A DNA stretch of 64,000 bases from Nitrosopumilales archaeon (GCA_044507735.1 JBIQJB010000001.1:64001-128000); one strand, 5' to 3'; counted from the stretch's first letter, positions 49,108-59,103 are shown. Numbers and translations are program-made. Notes: a model not told the origin generated them from the letters alone.

Positions 49108-50181
49108 GTGCAAACGACGAACGTACCAGGCAAAGAAGCCGAGCTGTATGCGCAATTGCCAAACGGCAGGATAAAATGCACTGCCTGTGCAAGGCTGTGC
49201 GAGATACCTGAAGGCAAGATCGGGCTCTGCGGAATAAGAGGCGTGATAAATAACAAATTGCGGTTGTTCGTTTATGGTAGAGTCATAGCCGGCCACATCG
49301 ACCCAATCGAGAAGAAACCTGTCACCCATTATATGCCTGGATCCGACATATTTTCAATTTCAACTACTGGGTGCAACTGGCTCTGCCAGTATTGCCAGAA
49401 CTATGACATCTCGCAGAGACGCAAGGTAGGAGGCGCAGAGATGACACCGGAACAGGTAGCCGCCACCGCTGCGCGGTACGGATCGCAAGGAATCGCCTAC
49501 ACTTACAACGAGCCTTCAATCTTTATCGAGTTTGCCCGCGACTGCGGAATTGAGGCACACAAGCGGGGGATCTTTAACATCTTTGTATCAAACGGCTATG
49601 ACACGCCCGAGTCTGTAAACATGATGGGGCAGTTTTTGGACTGCATCACTGTCGACTTTAAGGGAAGCGGTGAGCAGAAATTTGTCAGACGGTATATCGG
49701 CATACCTGATGCAGACCCGATTTTCCAGACGCTCAAAGAAATCCGCGACAAGACAAAAATCCATGTCGAGATAACGGATCTTGTCGTGCCGCACGCAGAC
49801 GACAACTTGGATGCTGCAAGAAAGCTATGCAGGTTTGTGCACGACGAGCTTGGGCCAGACACTCCGATACACTTTTTGCGATTCCATCCTGACTATAAGA
49901 TGCTGGACTTTGAAAGCACTCCAATTGAGATGCTGGAAAAACATCATGCACTAGCCAAGCAGGAGGGGCTCAAGTATGCATATCTTGGAAACGTGCCCGG
50001 CCACCCTCTTGAAGACACCTATTGCCCGGAATGCAAGAATGTTGTCATTGGCCGTTATGGCTATGCAATAGAGTCGTGGAATTTGGACAGCAACAACTGC
50101 TGCAGGAACTGCCACTATCCTATACCTATAGTGGGGAAACTTCACAAGGCAAGAAAGAATCCGTTTCAATTTGTTCATTAG
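49108..50181 (+). CDS. amrS: AmmeMemoRadiSam-type radical SAM enzyme
   Basis: C.AC.R.C......G.C, DPIEKKP, GCNWLCQYCQN, YTYNEP, RFHPDY, TYCPEC. Confidence 0.9.
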   Translation: MQTTNVPGKEAELYAQLPNGRIKCTACARLCEIPEGKIGLCGIRGVINNKLRLFVYGRVIAGHIDPIEKKPVTHYMPGSDIFSISTTGCNWLCQYCQNYDISQRRKVGGAEMTPEQVAATAARYGSQGIAYTYNEPSIFIEFARDCGIEAHKRGIFNIFVSNGYDTPESVNMMGQFLDCITVDFKGSGEQKFVRRYIGIPDADPIFQTLKEIRDKTKIHVEITDLVVPHADDNLDAARKLCRFVHDELGPDTPIHFLRFHPDYKMLDFESTPIEMLEKHHALAKQEGLKYAYLGNVPGHPLEDTYCPECKNVVIGRYGYAIESWNLDSNNCCRNCHYPIPIVGKLHKARKNPFQFVH

Positions 50182-50216
50182 GTTAAAATTGCACGTCGCA
50201 GGCAGAGCTATTCACC

Positions 50217-50290
50217 GGGGTCGTTGTCTAGCTTGGTATGATGCCAGCCTTGGGCGCTGGAGGCCGCTGGTTCGAATCCGGCCGACCCCA
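50217..50290 (+). tRNA. tRNA-Pro (TGG)
   Basis: GGGGTCG/CGACCCC acceptor stem, CCAGC-CTTGGGC-GCTGG anticodon arm, TTCGAAT T-loop; no intron; CCA not encoded. Confidence 0.95.
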
Positions 50291-50585
50291 TCATCTTGTA
50301 TATAGCCGGTGCACGCTAGGGCATGAGTAGGATTTCTTCAGAGTATCTTACCTTGGGATGTCCCTCCTCACTATGCAAGCACCCTCTGCTCCCGTAGCAG
50401 AGACTCTGATAGCAATAATGCAGATCCTGTGATACAATAATGTAGTTAGTTGACGATTCTGCGATACGTCTACTAGGCGCATATCGAAGATCGGCTGCGA
50501 TCAGGGCAAGCGAGTCTAAGCCTGGATAATTGAATCTTCGTCGAGTCCAGAAACGTTGGTTGCCTCGCGGCAGATCCAGTTATCC

Positions 50586-51095
50586 TCATACTGTTATTGG
50601 ATTGCCGTATTTCTCATGGTATGCTAGTTTGTCCAGCGGAACACGATCTTTCTTGCCTGTCAGTTTTCCTGCAGGGTATCCAAAACCTACGACCAGTGCA
50701 ACGCTCAGCTCTCTTGGTATCGCAAAATCGCTTCGAAGCTTATCCTCTTTTACGCCCGTGAATACTCCTGAGGCAACTCCTTGGCCCCAGGCTGCCAGTT
50801 GCATATTCTGCAGGACCCTTCCAGCGTCAATCAGGTGAAAGTTGTAATTCGGATTTGTCAGTACTATGATTGCAAAGTTGGCTCCAGAAACCCACGCCCC
50901 ACTAGTGCTATCTTCTGCAAGCTTTCTAAGCTGATCCTTTCCATCCACCAAGATAAAGCGCCAATGTTGAGTGTTCAGACCTGTGCCAGTCATTCGAGCT
51001 GCTTCGAGAACTCTTTGTTTTATTTTGGCCGGTACTTCATGCGGGCTGAACTGTCGCACATCAAGTTTTGTGACTATGCAGTCAAACACATCCAT
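50586..51095 (-). CDS. Nitroreductase family protein
   Basis: VRQF, LEAAR...N.QHWRF, DAG...QNMQLAA..GV.S, GYP. Confidence 0.9.
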   Translation of the reverse strand: MDVFDCIVTKLDVRQFSPHEVPAKIKQRVLEAARMTGTGLNTQHWRFILVDGKDQLRKLAEDSTSGAWVSGANFAIIVLTNPNYNFHLIDAGRVLQNMQLAAWGQGVASGVFTGVKEDKLRSDFAIPRELSVALVVGFGYPAGKLTGKKDRVPLDKLAYHEKYGNPITV

Positions 51096-51229
51096 ACAGG
51101 TAACACTGATTCGACTCTTAAGCGACTTAAGGGTTTCGAGATTCTTCGATTTAGTGCATATTGCTTAAAGCAGCTGTGCTGACTTCTGGAAAATGAAAAA
51201 GATGAAAAAGAAAGGAAAAAGGGGGAGGT

Positions 51230-51880
51230 TTAGTCCCACTTGCTCCACGCGGCCATCCATCTATATGTCCACGTGTTAAGCTTTGCACCCAACGCAGCGA
51301 TCGGGACGGACAGTACTGCTCCTGCACCTGAACCTAGCGCTACCGGACTGTTGTAGAACTTACCCACCTGGGGCTCGATTGGAGTCATGTATGCTGGTAG
51401 TGTTGGTCTAGGATACTTGAATGCCACTTCGAGTGGATCCCTGACGAGCAGCAGGTTGACCATGTTGAACAGCGGAAGTGACAGGCCAACTAGTGAACCG
51501 CCAATGATGATTGCAGCGTGCTTGTTCCGTCTTGTAGCCCAGTATGTGAGATCCAACAGCATTGCCGAAGGTATCCAGATCGGGACTACAATGAAGTCGT
51601 ACGGATAGCCCAGTGCGAACCATGCACCCTTTGCGACCCATGTGTAGATTGTCATGATTGTGGCGTAGTATGTGGCAGTTCCTGGTACTCCTGTGAAGAG
51701 CATGTAGTATATCGCACCCACAACGAGCATGGTCGATTGCGAGATTGAGAATACTACGAAGGAGGTCCACATCCAGTCTGTGTAGAAGATATAGTCTCCT
51801 GCGTTGATGGTTAGCAGCGTGCTGTTGACAGCAACGACTACTATGAACAAATAGTGCGTTGTACGTCTAAGCCAGACCAT
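51230..51880 (-). CDS. amoA: Ammonia monooxygenase subunit A
   Basis: MVWLRRTTHYLF...INAGDYIFYTDW...YRWMAAWSKWD, 216 aa. Confidence 0.98.
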   Translation of the reverse strand: MVWLRRTTHYLFIVVVAVNSTLLTINAGDYIFYTDWMWTSFVVFSISQSTMLVVGAIYYMLFTGVPGTATYYATIMTIYTWVAKGAWFALGYPYDFIVVPIWIPSAMLLDLTYWATRRNKHAAIIIGGSLVGLSLPLFNMVNLLLVRDPLEVAFKYPRPTLPAYMTPIEPQVGKFYNSPVALGSGAGAVLSVPIAALGAKLNTWTYRWMAAWSKWD

Positions 51881-51899
51881 TATCTACCCAGATAGAGAC

Positions 51900-51910
51900 G
51901 TAGTATATTA
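51900..51910 (-). promoter_or_regulatory. amoA TATA-like element TAATATACTAC
   Basis: 19 nt before the ATG; identical to the amoC element. Confidence 0.65.
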
Positions 51911-52732
51911 ATTTTTATGCTATTCAAACGATGGTGCGAAATTCAGACCTTGCAATACCGTGACACCCTTGGAATTGAACACGTATGATGTGAACTCGGT
52001 AGAATAATTTGTGAATACTATCCTTCGTCTCAGAAGGGGATGATACAAGCGACCAACTGCTATCATCTTTCCCCGAGTAGTCTGGCTTGAGATATACGCC
52101 TAGCAGGAGGGGATAGTGGGGCAACGCCTTAACTGGAACGCCTGCACCGGAAATCCCGACCCTGGAGTAGGACTAATGCTCTTGCTGATGCTAAAGCCGT
52201 GGGAGACATGCCTCTGTCCTACTCCTGCTCATAAGGGTACTTGATAGGAGCTACGGACTTTGTGCAATTTAGAATGGATCGCAAGCTACCTCGAGAAGGA
52301 GGAAGGTGACCATATGCGGATGTATTTTTCCACACTGCATGGCGTGAGAGTGCGCTGACGACGGTCTTTATTTCTAGTTGCCAGGAATTCCTAGACAAAG
52401 TACAAGACCGTTTCAAATTAGAGAGCATAAGGAGCACGCTTTGAGGAATACATCGATACTCTACACCGATTGGAGTATCCGCTGTGGTATCACAAGATTT
52501 CGTGGTACTGGAAAGATATGCTGTACGGGATCAGAGGACGAGGATGACGACGACCGCATTGCATTGGCATGGTCTATCTCTCGTCAGGCGGTTTTGAGGC
52601 GGCTTCAAGAAGAGTAATCAGCCGCCGAGTATGGTCAAGGTGACTCAGCTTTGACATGGGGAAAATATCTGACTGAAGATCTATCGAGTAGATCTTTGTA
52701 TCAAAACAAAAAGAGGAAAAAGAGAGGTATTC

Positions 52733-53035
52733 TTAAGCTCTGACGGGCTTTTCGTGAGCGATCTTCCAGATGAAGAAGAACCCAAGTGCCTCGATTACGG
52801 TCAGGACGGAAAGCGCGTAGATGCCGCTCGGTAACGGATATGCCCATGGGTAGACTGTTACGCCTACATAGACTCCGCCTGCGGTTGCAGCCCAACACAG
52901 CGCAAAGCCCAGGATGTAAATACCGTTCATGTTCTCGACTCTACGGCCGATCATGCGCTCAATGTCGTCGCGGCTTTCGCCTCCACCGCCACCGGTTCTC
53001 TTACCACCACTTCCGTATCCCTTTGGTAATGTCAT
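52733..53035 (-). CDS. amoX: Ammonia monooxygenase-associated subunit AmoX
   Basis: LPKGYG.GG, DIERMIGRRVENM, YPWAYP..SG, two TMs; next to amoA. Confidence 0.88.
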   Translation of the reverse strand: MTLPKGYGSGGKRTGGGGGESRDDIERMIGRRVENMNGIYILGFALCWAATAGGVYVGVTVYPWAYPLPSGIYALSVLTVIEALGFFFIWKIAHEKPVRA

Positions 53036-53132
53036 TTGCTATACAATCAGAACGTGCCTTTTTAAATTTTGCTGTTATGCATGCGGGGAAGGCTGGGAAG
53101 AACGAAATTCGCTGTGAAAAAGAAAAAGAGGG

Positions 53133-54308
53133 TTAGAGGGACCCTTTGCTTCCAAAGAGGCCGCTAAAACCTGTGCTTTTTGCCCTCGTCAACAGCACTG
53201 CAAGGCCAATCACGGCTGCTGCCACTATTGCTGCGCTGACGGGGAACTCTGGCACAACCACCATGTTAAAGTCGACACTCTCTGTAAACTGGCCTGTTCC
53301 CATTCCGCTGACCGAGTTAATGCGGATTGTGGCCGTGAACCCCCCAGCGTCATCAAACACGACTTCGTGCGTGCCAGTACCAAACTCTGCATCTGCGTTT
53401 TGGTTCCTGAACTCCTGTACTACGCCACCGCTGCTGTTCATAATTACAAAGTCATAGTTTGCCCTTTCTAGCGGAAAGCCAGACCTGTCTGCCAAGCTTA
53501 TGCTAAATGTCACTGGAGTTCCTGGTTGGATCGAAGAAGGCTCCCAGTCCAGTGTTATCCTGTAGTCGCCTCTGCCCGTACTCTTGCTCAAAGGTGGTTC
53601 AGGAACTCGCTGCTCGCTTGATGGTGGTTCTGGCTTGCCAGTACCTCTCTCGAGGAGCTCAAATTCGAACTGGACTTGCGGGTTCCCTGTAGCACTGTCT
53701 GTAAAGAATTGTGCCTTGATTGGGAATGGGAATCCTTTCTCTATCCATATCCTGCTAGTTACTCCCTTGTGGTATGTCAAGAGAGTAGTGTCAAATTGCT
53801 GGCCACCTATGGTGATAGTCTCAGGACCGCTTACTATGAGGTCAGAACCACCTATGGAGCCCGCCCTGCCCCAGTTGGTCCCCGGAGCAAGTGATTTGGG
53901 ATCGGCCTTCGTCGTAAATGAATCTAGCCAGTGCAGCGAGCCGCTGTATCCGCCAATGAAATCATTCATTTCGCGGGGAACATTGCTCCCGCCTGCAAGG
54001 TATGCCATGCTGTCTGAAAGCTTCATTGTTCCTTGGATGACGGTGCCATCATCGTCAACAACAAACGCCGGGACTATCCAGTCGCCGTCCTGTTGCTCCT
54101 GGAAGTACAATGTCATTTCGTACGGCTGATCGTCATTTGTGTCAAGCTCATGGATCCTGTACGTGACGAACATGTCTTGCTGGACACCTTGACCTGGATA
54201 CCAGACGTTGTCCTGCTGTGCATACGCGCTTCCGCTGAGAGCCACTGCAGATGCTCCAAATGCAAGCAGCGAAGCAACGAACGCAAAGGCGAGAAATCTA
54301 TAATTCAT
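53133..54308 (-). CDS. Surface protein with PEF-CTERM-type tail (PEFP variant)
   Basis: Signal peptide; VVVPEFPV + TM + basic residues. Confidence 0.82.
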   Translation of the reverse strand: MNYRFLAFAFVASLLAFGASAVALSGSAYAQQDNVWYPGQGVQQDMFVTYRIHELDTNDDQPYEMTLYFQEQQDGDWIVPAFVVDDDGTVIQGTMKLSDSMAYLAGGSNVPREMNDFIGGYSGSLHWLDSFTTKADPKSLAPGTNWGRAGSIGGSDLIVSGPETITIGGQQFDTTLLTYHKGVTSRIWIEKGFPFPIKAQFFTDSATGNPQVQFEFELLERGTGKPEPPSSEQRVPEPPLSKSTGRGDYRITLDWEPSSIQPGTPVTFSISLADRSGFPLERANYDFVIMNSSGGVVQEFRNQNADAEFGTGTHEVVFDDAGGFTATIRINSVSGMGTGQFTESVDFNMVVVPEFPVSAAIVAAAVIGLAVLLTRAKSTGFSGLFGSKGSL

Positions 54309-54758
54309 TAATAAAAATAGAAAGATGGGAACTGATAAATGTTTTTTCTGTAATTGACTACTTCCATAGCTGAAACATGTTGGATTCTGCTGCGATCATC
54401 CTGCCCGATTGTCTGCAATCTTTGGCACCGTAGAGATAGTCAATGTGTGTCCCTTTATAGGGATAGTATCTATGAGCCCCGATGGTATCTGAATTACGCC
54501 ATTAGCTACTTCATCGCTTACTCTTGGTCGCAGTATGGTTTGATGACCAGTCATTGATTGGGCGTTGCATCGCATTGATCCTCCCGGACACTTCTCTTCC
54601 AGCTTCTCCGCGGTTGCGACAGTCTAGCTCACTGTATACTGTGACCACCACCGAGAAACAGGTGTTGAATCCTCCTATATCTGAAAGTTGTGAGCTTTGT
54701 CCGTAGAACATTAGTAAACAAATAAGTAGACCCAGAGCAAGACTATTTGTATATAGAA

Positions 54759-54926
54759 ATGTGCAACTGCCCCAAGGTCACATTTTATGAAGTGGATTTC
54801 AAGCTCGTCGGGATGAAGGTCGTGGCAAACCACAAGAACTGCGGCGACTTTTTGAATGAAGATCAATATTCTTCGTTCGAAAAGGAACTAACAAAGTACT
54901 GGGGCTTTGAAGAAAAGAAGGAATAG
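54759..54926 (+). CDS. 55-aa Cys/His small protein
   Basis: Below the track cut-off: MCNCPKVTFYEVDFKLVGMKVVANHKNCGDFLNEDQYSSFEKELTKYWGFEEKKE. Confidence 0.7.
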   Translation: MCNCPKVTFYEVDFKLVGMKVVANHKNCGDFLNEDQYSSFEKELTKYWGFEEKKE

Positions 54927-55047
54927 ACACGCAGCGTGTTTTTTGTTCCGAAGGGCAATGCTGTTTAAATTCGCCTGTAGAGGCTGCTTACTTGCTTCGC
55001 GCCAACTTTATTAATGCCGGGACGAATTCGGTTCTAGGTAGTTTCAG

Positions 55048-55302
55048 ATGACCAAAATGCTAAATGTCAACATAGACACGTCAGGTATAGATGCTAACGA
55101 AGCCCAGGAATGGGTCAATGAGCTTGCAAACGTCTATGCAGATCTGCAGATCTCTGATGTGAACGTCTCGGGCAGCAAGATCTCGTTCAAGGCTGGCTTC
55201 TCGGGCATGGAAGATACCGAGCCAGATGACATCAAAATGAAGATCGAAGAATATCTGACGATGAACGAGGCGTTCCAAGCAAAGAGCATCAACGTCCGCT
55301 AG
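55048..55302 (+). CDS. Small acidic hypothetical protein
   Basis: 84-aa ORF; followed by an AGGCC/GGCCT hairpin and T-tract. Confidence 0.75.
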   Translation: MTKMLNVNIDTSGIDANEAQEWVNELANVYADLQISDVNVSGSKISFKAGFSGMEDTEPDDIKMKIEEYLTMNEAFQAKSINVR

Positions 55303-55409
55303 AAAGGCCTCTGGCCTCATCTTTTCTTATCTTTTAGACAATTAGAGCTTACCAATCATGATCAATTGTTACTAAGCATTAAATAGAAAATTTGTGCTGG
55401 ATAGTGAGA

Positions 55410-55658
55410 ATGACTTGTAAAGGTATATGCATCCGTCACAAGGCTCAGAAGCCGGTTGGCTCAGGCAGGTACGCCAGCGGACAGAAGAGGTGTCAGATCT
55501 GCGAGATATTCATCAAGTGGGATGGTCTCTGGTGCCCGTGTTGTGGCTACAGGCTGAGGACAAAGCCCCGGAACCTGAAATACAAGGCAAAGCTGAGGGC
55601 TAGAACCAGCGGCGGCCTCGAAGCACCACAACCTGTACTGACAGTAAGGCGCAAGTAG
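55410..55658 (+). CDS. Small basic zinc-finger protein
   Basis: CKGIC...RY..GQKRCQICE...CPCCG.RLR; ATG 55410. Confidence 0.8.
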   Translation: MTCKGICIRHKAQKPVGSGRYASGQKRCQICEIFIKWDGLWCPCCGYRLRTKPRNLKYKAKLRARTSGGLEAPQPVLTVRRK

Positions 55659-55663
55659 GATAA

Positions 55664-56506
55664 CTAGGCTTTGAGGCCGTCTCTTGCGGCCCTTGATAGC
55701 TTTTTCTGCATCTTTTCGAGCTGTTGTTCGTCGCTTGTCAGGTCCAATGCCAGCTGGATAAGCTTGGCGTATTTGTTATGAAACTCGTCTGTTCTTCTTG
55801 CGAGGTCTTTTGCTGCAACTCTTCCTGCATAATAGTAGCAGTCTGTCAGCATGCTTTTTTCAAGCAGATGATCTGTCTTTGCCGCAAATAGATTCCTGTC
55901 ATAATCTTTCGATTTGAGCTCTAAGACAGCCTGCAAGGACCTGGATATCGTCGGGCGGGTCGCCCTGTCTGTTCCAATACACTCCAGCGCCACCTCGATA
56001 CCTTCTGTCGTGTTGCCCGTCTGTCTTATCTGTTCAAGCTCGTGCAAGGGCATCGGCCGGACACCAGACATGGCGAGCATTCCTTCGAGAAAGTCATATG
56101 CAGAGATCTTGAGCCACATCGCAGCGACTCCCGGGTGCTTTGACTGAACCATTTTCTGCTGACAAAAGAGTGAGCTTACGAACGATTTCTTGCCTGCGGC
56201 GGCCAGCGCCCTTTTGTACCTTTTGGAAACATCTTGTCCAACAGATGAGAGTGCAAACTTGTTGCTGTCTCTTAGTATTGACATGCCACCCAGCTCGACT
56301 ACATAATTCCTTGCTGGCTCTGGAAAATGCACAATTTCTACGAAATGTCTGTCAATACATGTTACTTGATCATCCCCTGGAGCAAATACTACAAGATCAT
56401 ATTCGCAACAATCCAAGGATTCATCAGTAGTACGACATCCTATCAGTGCCACTGGATGGGGGATCTTGTCTGTGAATTTCCGGATGGCTGCTGGGACAGC
56501 AGGCAC
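55664..56506 (-). CDS. Hypothetical protein with nucleotidyltransferase-like N-terminus
   Basis: ALIGC......DCCEYDLVVF resembles the Pol-beta G[SG]..DxD motif; helical C-terminus. Confidence 0.6.
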   Translation of the reverse strand: MPAVPAAIRKFTDKIPHPVALIGCRTTDESLDCCEYDLVVFAPGDDQVTCIDRHFVEIVHFPEPARNYVVELGGMSILRDSNKFALSSVGQDVSKRYKRALAAAGKKSFVSSLFCQQKMVQSKHPGVAAMWLKISAYDFLEGMLAMSGVRPMPLHELEQIRQTGNTTEGIEVALECIGTDRATRPTISRSLQAVLELKSKDYDRNLFAAKTDHLLEKSMLTDCYYYAGRVAAKDLARRTDEFHNKYAKLIQLALDLTSDEQQLEKMQKKLSRAARDGLKA

Positions 56507-56595
56507 ACGGTCAATTGACAGGGCCGGGATTTAACCTGTTAGCCGAGGCGGCAGGATCAACTCTAATATACGAACATAAACTATATCATAGCGCA

Positions 56596-57978
56596 ATGAA
56601 GGGCAAGGCCAAGGCAGTCTCAGCTAGCAGGCATAACAGCCGCAGCAACAACAACGATATTTTGAAAAAGATCAAGACCGGCGAGTTCAAGATCGCAGTT
56701 TATGGCCTTGGTCATGTCGGGTCTCCCCTTGCTTCGGCCTGGCTTCGCGCAGGCGCTCACGTAGTAGGCGTTGACAAGTCGCCGAAAGTGCTTGAAAACG
56801 CAAGGCATGGAAAAACGCACGTACCAGAGCCGGGTGTGAACGAGGCTTTTGCAATGGGGCTCAAGGAAAAGAGGTTTTATGTCTATGACGATCCGGTGAA
56901 GGCATCGCAGGACGCTCATTTGAAGATGATTTGCGTGCCAGTGCTACTCACCGATTCGTTCTCTGCCGATTTGGCAGCAGTAAAGCAGGTAGCATCTGCG
57001 ATCGGCCGCGGTTTGAAAAAGGGTGACATCGTTTCACTCAATCCTAGTGTGCCGCCTGGAACATCAGAAGATGTCGTGCTACCGATTTTGGAAAAGGAGA
57101 GCGGTCTGAAGGTCGAGCACGACTTTTACATGGTATACAACCCCGAGAGGATCTACGAGGGCAGGGCAATAGAGGATATTGAAGAGCGCTATCCTGCCGT
57201 GGTATCTGGAGCGGGCCCAAAGAGCCTTGAGATGGGAGGCAATCTATATTCAATCATTGCAAAGAAAGGCGTCATCAAGATGAGCAGCATGAGAACAGCC
57301 GAAACTGAAAAGCTTCTTGAAGGCGTCTACCGGGATGTCAATATCGCACTTGCCAACGAGATGGCCAAGTTCTGCGAAAAGGTCGGAGTGAACTTTTGGG
57401 AGGCAAGAGAAGCGGCAAACTCACAACCATTCTGTCACATACACAAGCCGGGCGCAGGTGTGGGCGGCGCATGTATTCCTGTATATCCTCAGTTTATTTT
57501 GCACACCGCTGATACCAACAAGGTTGAATGCAATATTACCAGACTTGGGCGAAATGTCAACAATTCGATGCCGGGATACTGCGTAGACCAGGCGATAAGG
57601 CTGCTTGGACAAGATGATGCCTCACAGGCAACTGTCGCGCTGCTCGGCCTCGCATTCAGAGGTGGAGTATCAGACACACGCCTTTCTCCAACCTATGATG
57701 TAATTGAAGAACTAAGGAAGCGAAAAGTGAAGGAAATCCGAGTACACGACCCGCTTGTAGAAAGCGACCCGAACCTGCCGGAGGATGTGACGTTGACGTC
57801 CAGCCTTCCAAGAGCGACACAGGGTGCTGATCTTGTGATCTTGGTTTCAGATCATCCGGAGTACAGGAATCTGAGTCAGCAAGACCTGGATGGCGCACCT
57901 GTGTATGACGGCCGCGGCATACTTGATGGATCGCGTTTTGCCTCTGGAAGATTTGCATCGATAGGCAGACCCAGTTAG
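56596..57978 (+). CDS. Nucleotide-sugar dehydrogenase (UDP-glucose/GDP-mannose/UDP-ManNAc family)
   Basis: GLGHVG, NPER, RDVNIALANE, GVGGACIP, GLAFR...D.R.SP; ATG 56596. Confidence 0.92.
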   Translation: MKGKAKAVSASRHNSRSNNNDILKKIKTGEFKIAVYGLGHVGSPLASAWLRAGAHVVGVDKSPKVLENARHGKTHVPEPGVNEAFAMGLKEKRFYVYDDPVKASQDAHLKMICVPVLLTDSFSADLAAVKQVASAIGRGLKKGDIVSLNPSVPPGTSEDVVLPILEKESGLKVEHDFYMVYNPERIYEGRAIEDIEERYPAVVSGAGPKSLEMGGNLYSIIAKKGVIKMSSMRTAETEKLLEGVYRDVNIALANEMAKFCEKVGVNFWEAREAANSQPFCHIHKPGAGVGGACIPVYPQFILHTADTNKVECNITRLGRNVNNSMPGYCVDQAIRLLGQDDASQATVALLGLAFRGGVSDTRLSPTYDVIEELRKRKVKEIRVHDPLVESDPNLPEDVTLTSSLPRATQGADLVILVSDHPEYRNLSQQDLDGAPVYDGRGILDGSRFASGRFASIGRPS

Positions 57979-58011
57979 GTTTAATACCACCTGAAAAAAG
58001 ATTTCAGATGC

Positions 58012-59055
58012 TTGGCCCGCAGCTTGAATCTTCTGCTGACTGTCGCTTGGGAAAATAACTCCGTAGTGCTCATTGACCAGACAAAGCTACCAAACAAACT
58101 GGCCTATGTGAAGTGCAAGAGCTATCCGGAAGTGGCTGATGCCATCAAGAGGCTTGCAGTTCGCGGGGCGCCTGCCATCGGCGTCACTGCAGCCTTTGGA
58201 CTTGCGCTTGCGGCCCAGCAGAGCAAGGCAAAGACTTTGCCGGAATTGATGACGGATCTCGAGACGGCTTTCAAAGTCCTCAGGGCTACGAGGCCCACTG
58301 CCGTCAACCTCTTCTGGGCACTGGAACGTGTGATGGGCAAGGCAAAGCGGGGCAAGTCCCTGCAGGAGGTTAAGAAGCTTGTGCTTGACGAGGCGCTAAG
58401 AATGTCTGAGGAGGACATTAGTGCCAACAGGCAGATGGGTGCAAACGGAGCCAAGTTGCTCCAGGATGGAGACATCGTCCTCACTCACTGCAACGCCGGC
58501 TCTCTTGCTACGGTGGCATACGGAACCGCCCTTGGTGTAATTAGGGCTGCAAAAGAGTCGGGCAAGCGCCTGAGCGTCATTGCGACTGAAACTCGACCGG
58601 TGATGCAGGGAGCAAGGCTAACTGCTTTTGAGCTCCAGCATGACGGAATTGATGTTAGCTTGATCCCTGACACGGCTGTTGGCCACATGATGGCGAGGGG
58701 AGCGATAAAGCGAGTCATTGTGGGTGCAGACAGGGTGCTTCGCACCGGTCACGTCTTCAACAAGATAGGCACATACCAGGTCGCAATCCTCGCAAACAAA
58801 CACAAGATCCCGTTCTACGTAGCGGCTCCTCTATCCACGTTTGACTTTGAGAGCAACCCCGAGGATGTCGTTATTGAGGAGAGGTCAGTCGACGAGGTGG
58901 TCAAGGTAGGAAGCAAGAGGATCGCGCCAAAGAAGGTGAGGGTCTTTAATCCGGCGTTTGACATGACACCGCCGGAGCTGATTACTGGCATAATCACCGA
59001 GCGGGGCGTTCTAAAGCCGCCATTTGAGAAAAATCTAAAGGCATTGCTTGGCTAG
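58012..59055 (+). CDS. mtnA: S-methyl-5-thioribose-1-phosphate isomerase (eIF-2B family)
   Basis: DQTKLP, VRGAPAIG, RPTAVNL, THCNAGSLAT, ETRP..QGARLT, NKIGTY, NPAFD.TP. Confidence 0.93.
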   Translation: MARSLNLLLTVAWENNSVVLIDQTKLPNKLAYVKCKSYPEVADAIKRLAVRGAPAIGVTAAFGLALAAQQSKAKTLPELMTDLETAFKVLRATRPTAVNLFWALERVMGKAKRGKSLQEVKKLVLDEALRMSEEDISANRQMGANGAKLLQDGDIVLTHCNAGSLATVAYGTALGVIRAAKESGKRLSVIATETRPVMQGARLTAFELQHDGIDVSLIPDTAVGHMMARGAIKRVIVGADRVLRTGHVFNKIGTYQVAILANKHKIPFYVAAPLSTFDFESNPEDVVIEERSVDEVVKVGSKRIAPKKVRVFNPAFDMTPPELITGIITERGVLKPPFEKNLKALLG

Positions 59056-59103
59056 CATCGGATAAAGTATTTATCGTCTTTTGGGTCACATAGCCTTAAT
59101 TAC

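Noticed and set aside
49108-50181. Radical SAM enzyme as a RiPP maturase partnering the PqqD-like protein
   Set aside because: Motifs match the AmmeMemoRadiSam/PflA-like family, not SPASM maturases, and it lies 9 kb away.
50217-50586. tRNA-Pro as an integration site
   Set aside because: No duplicated tRNA 3' end and no integrase seen in the window.
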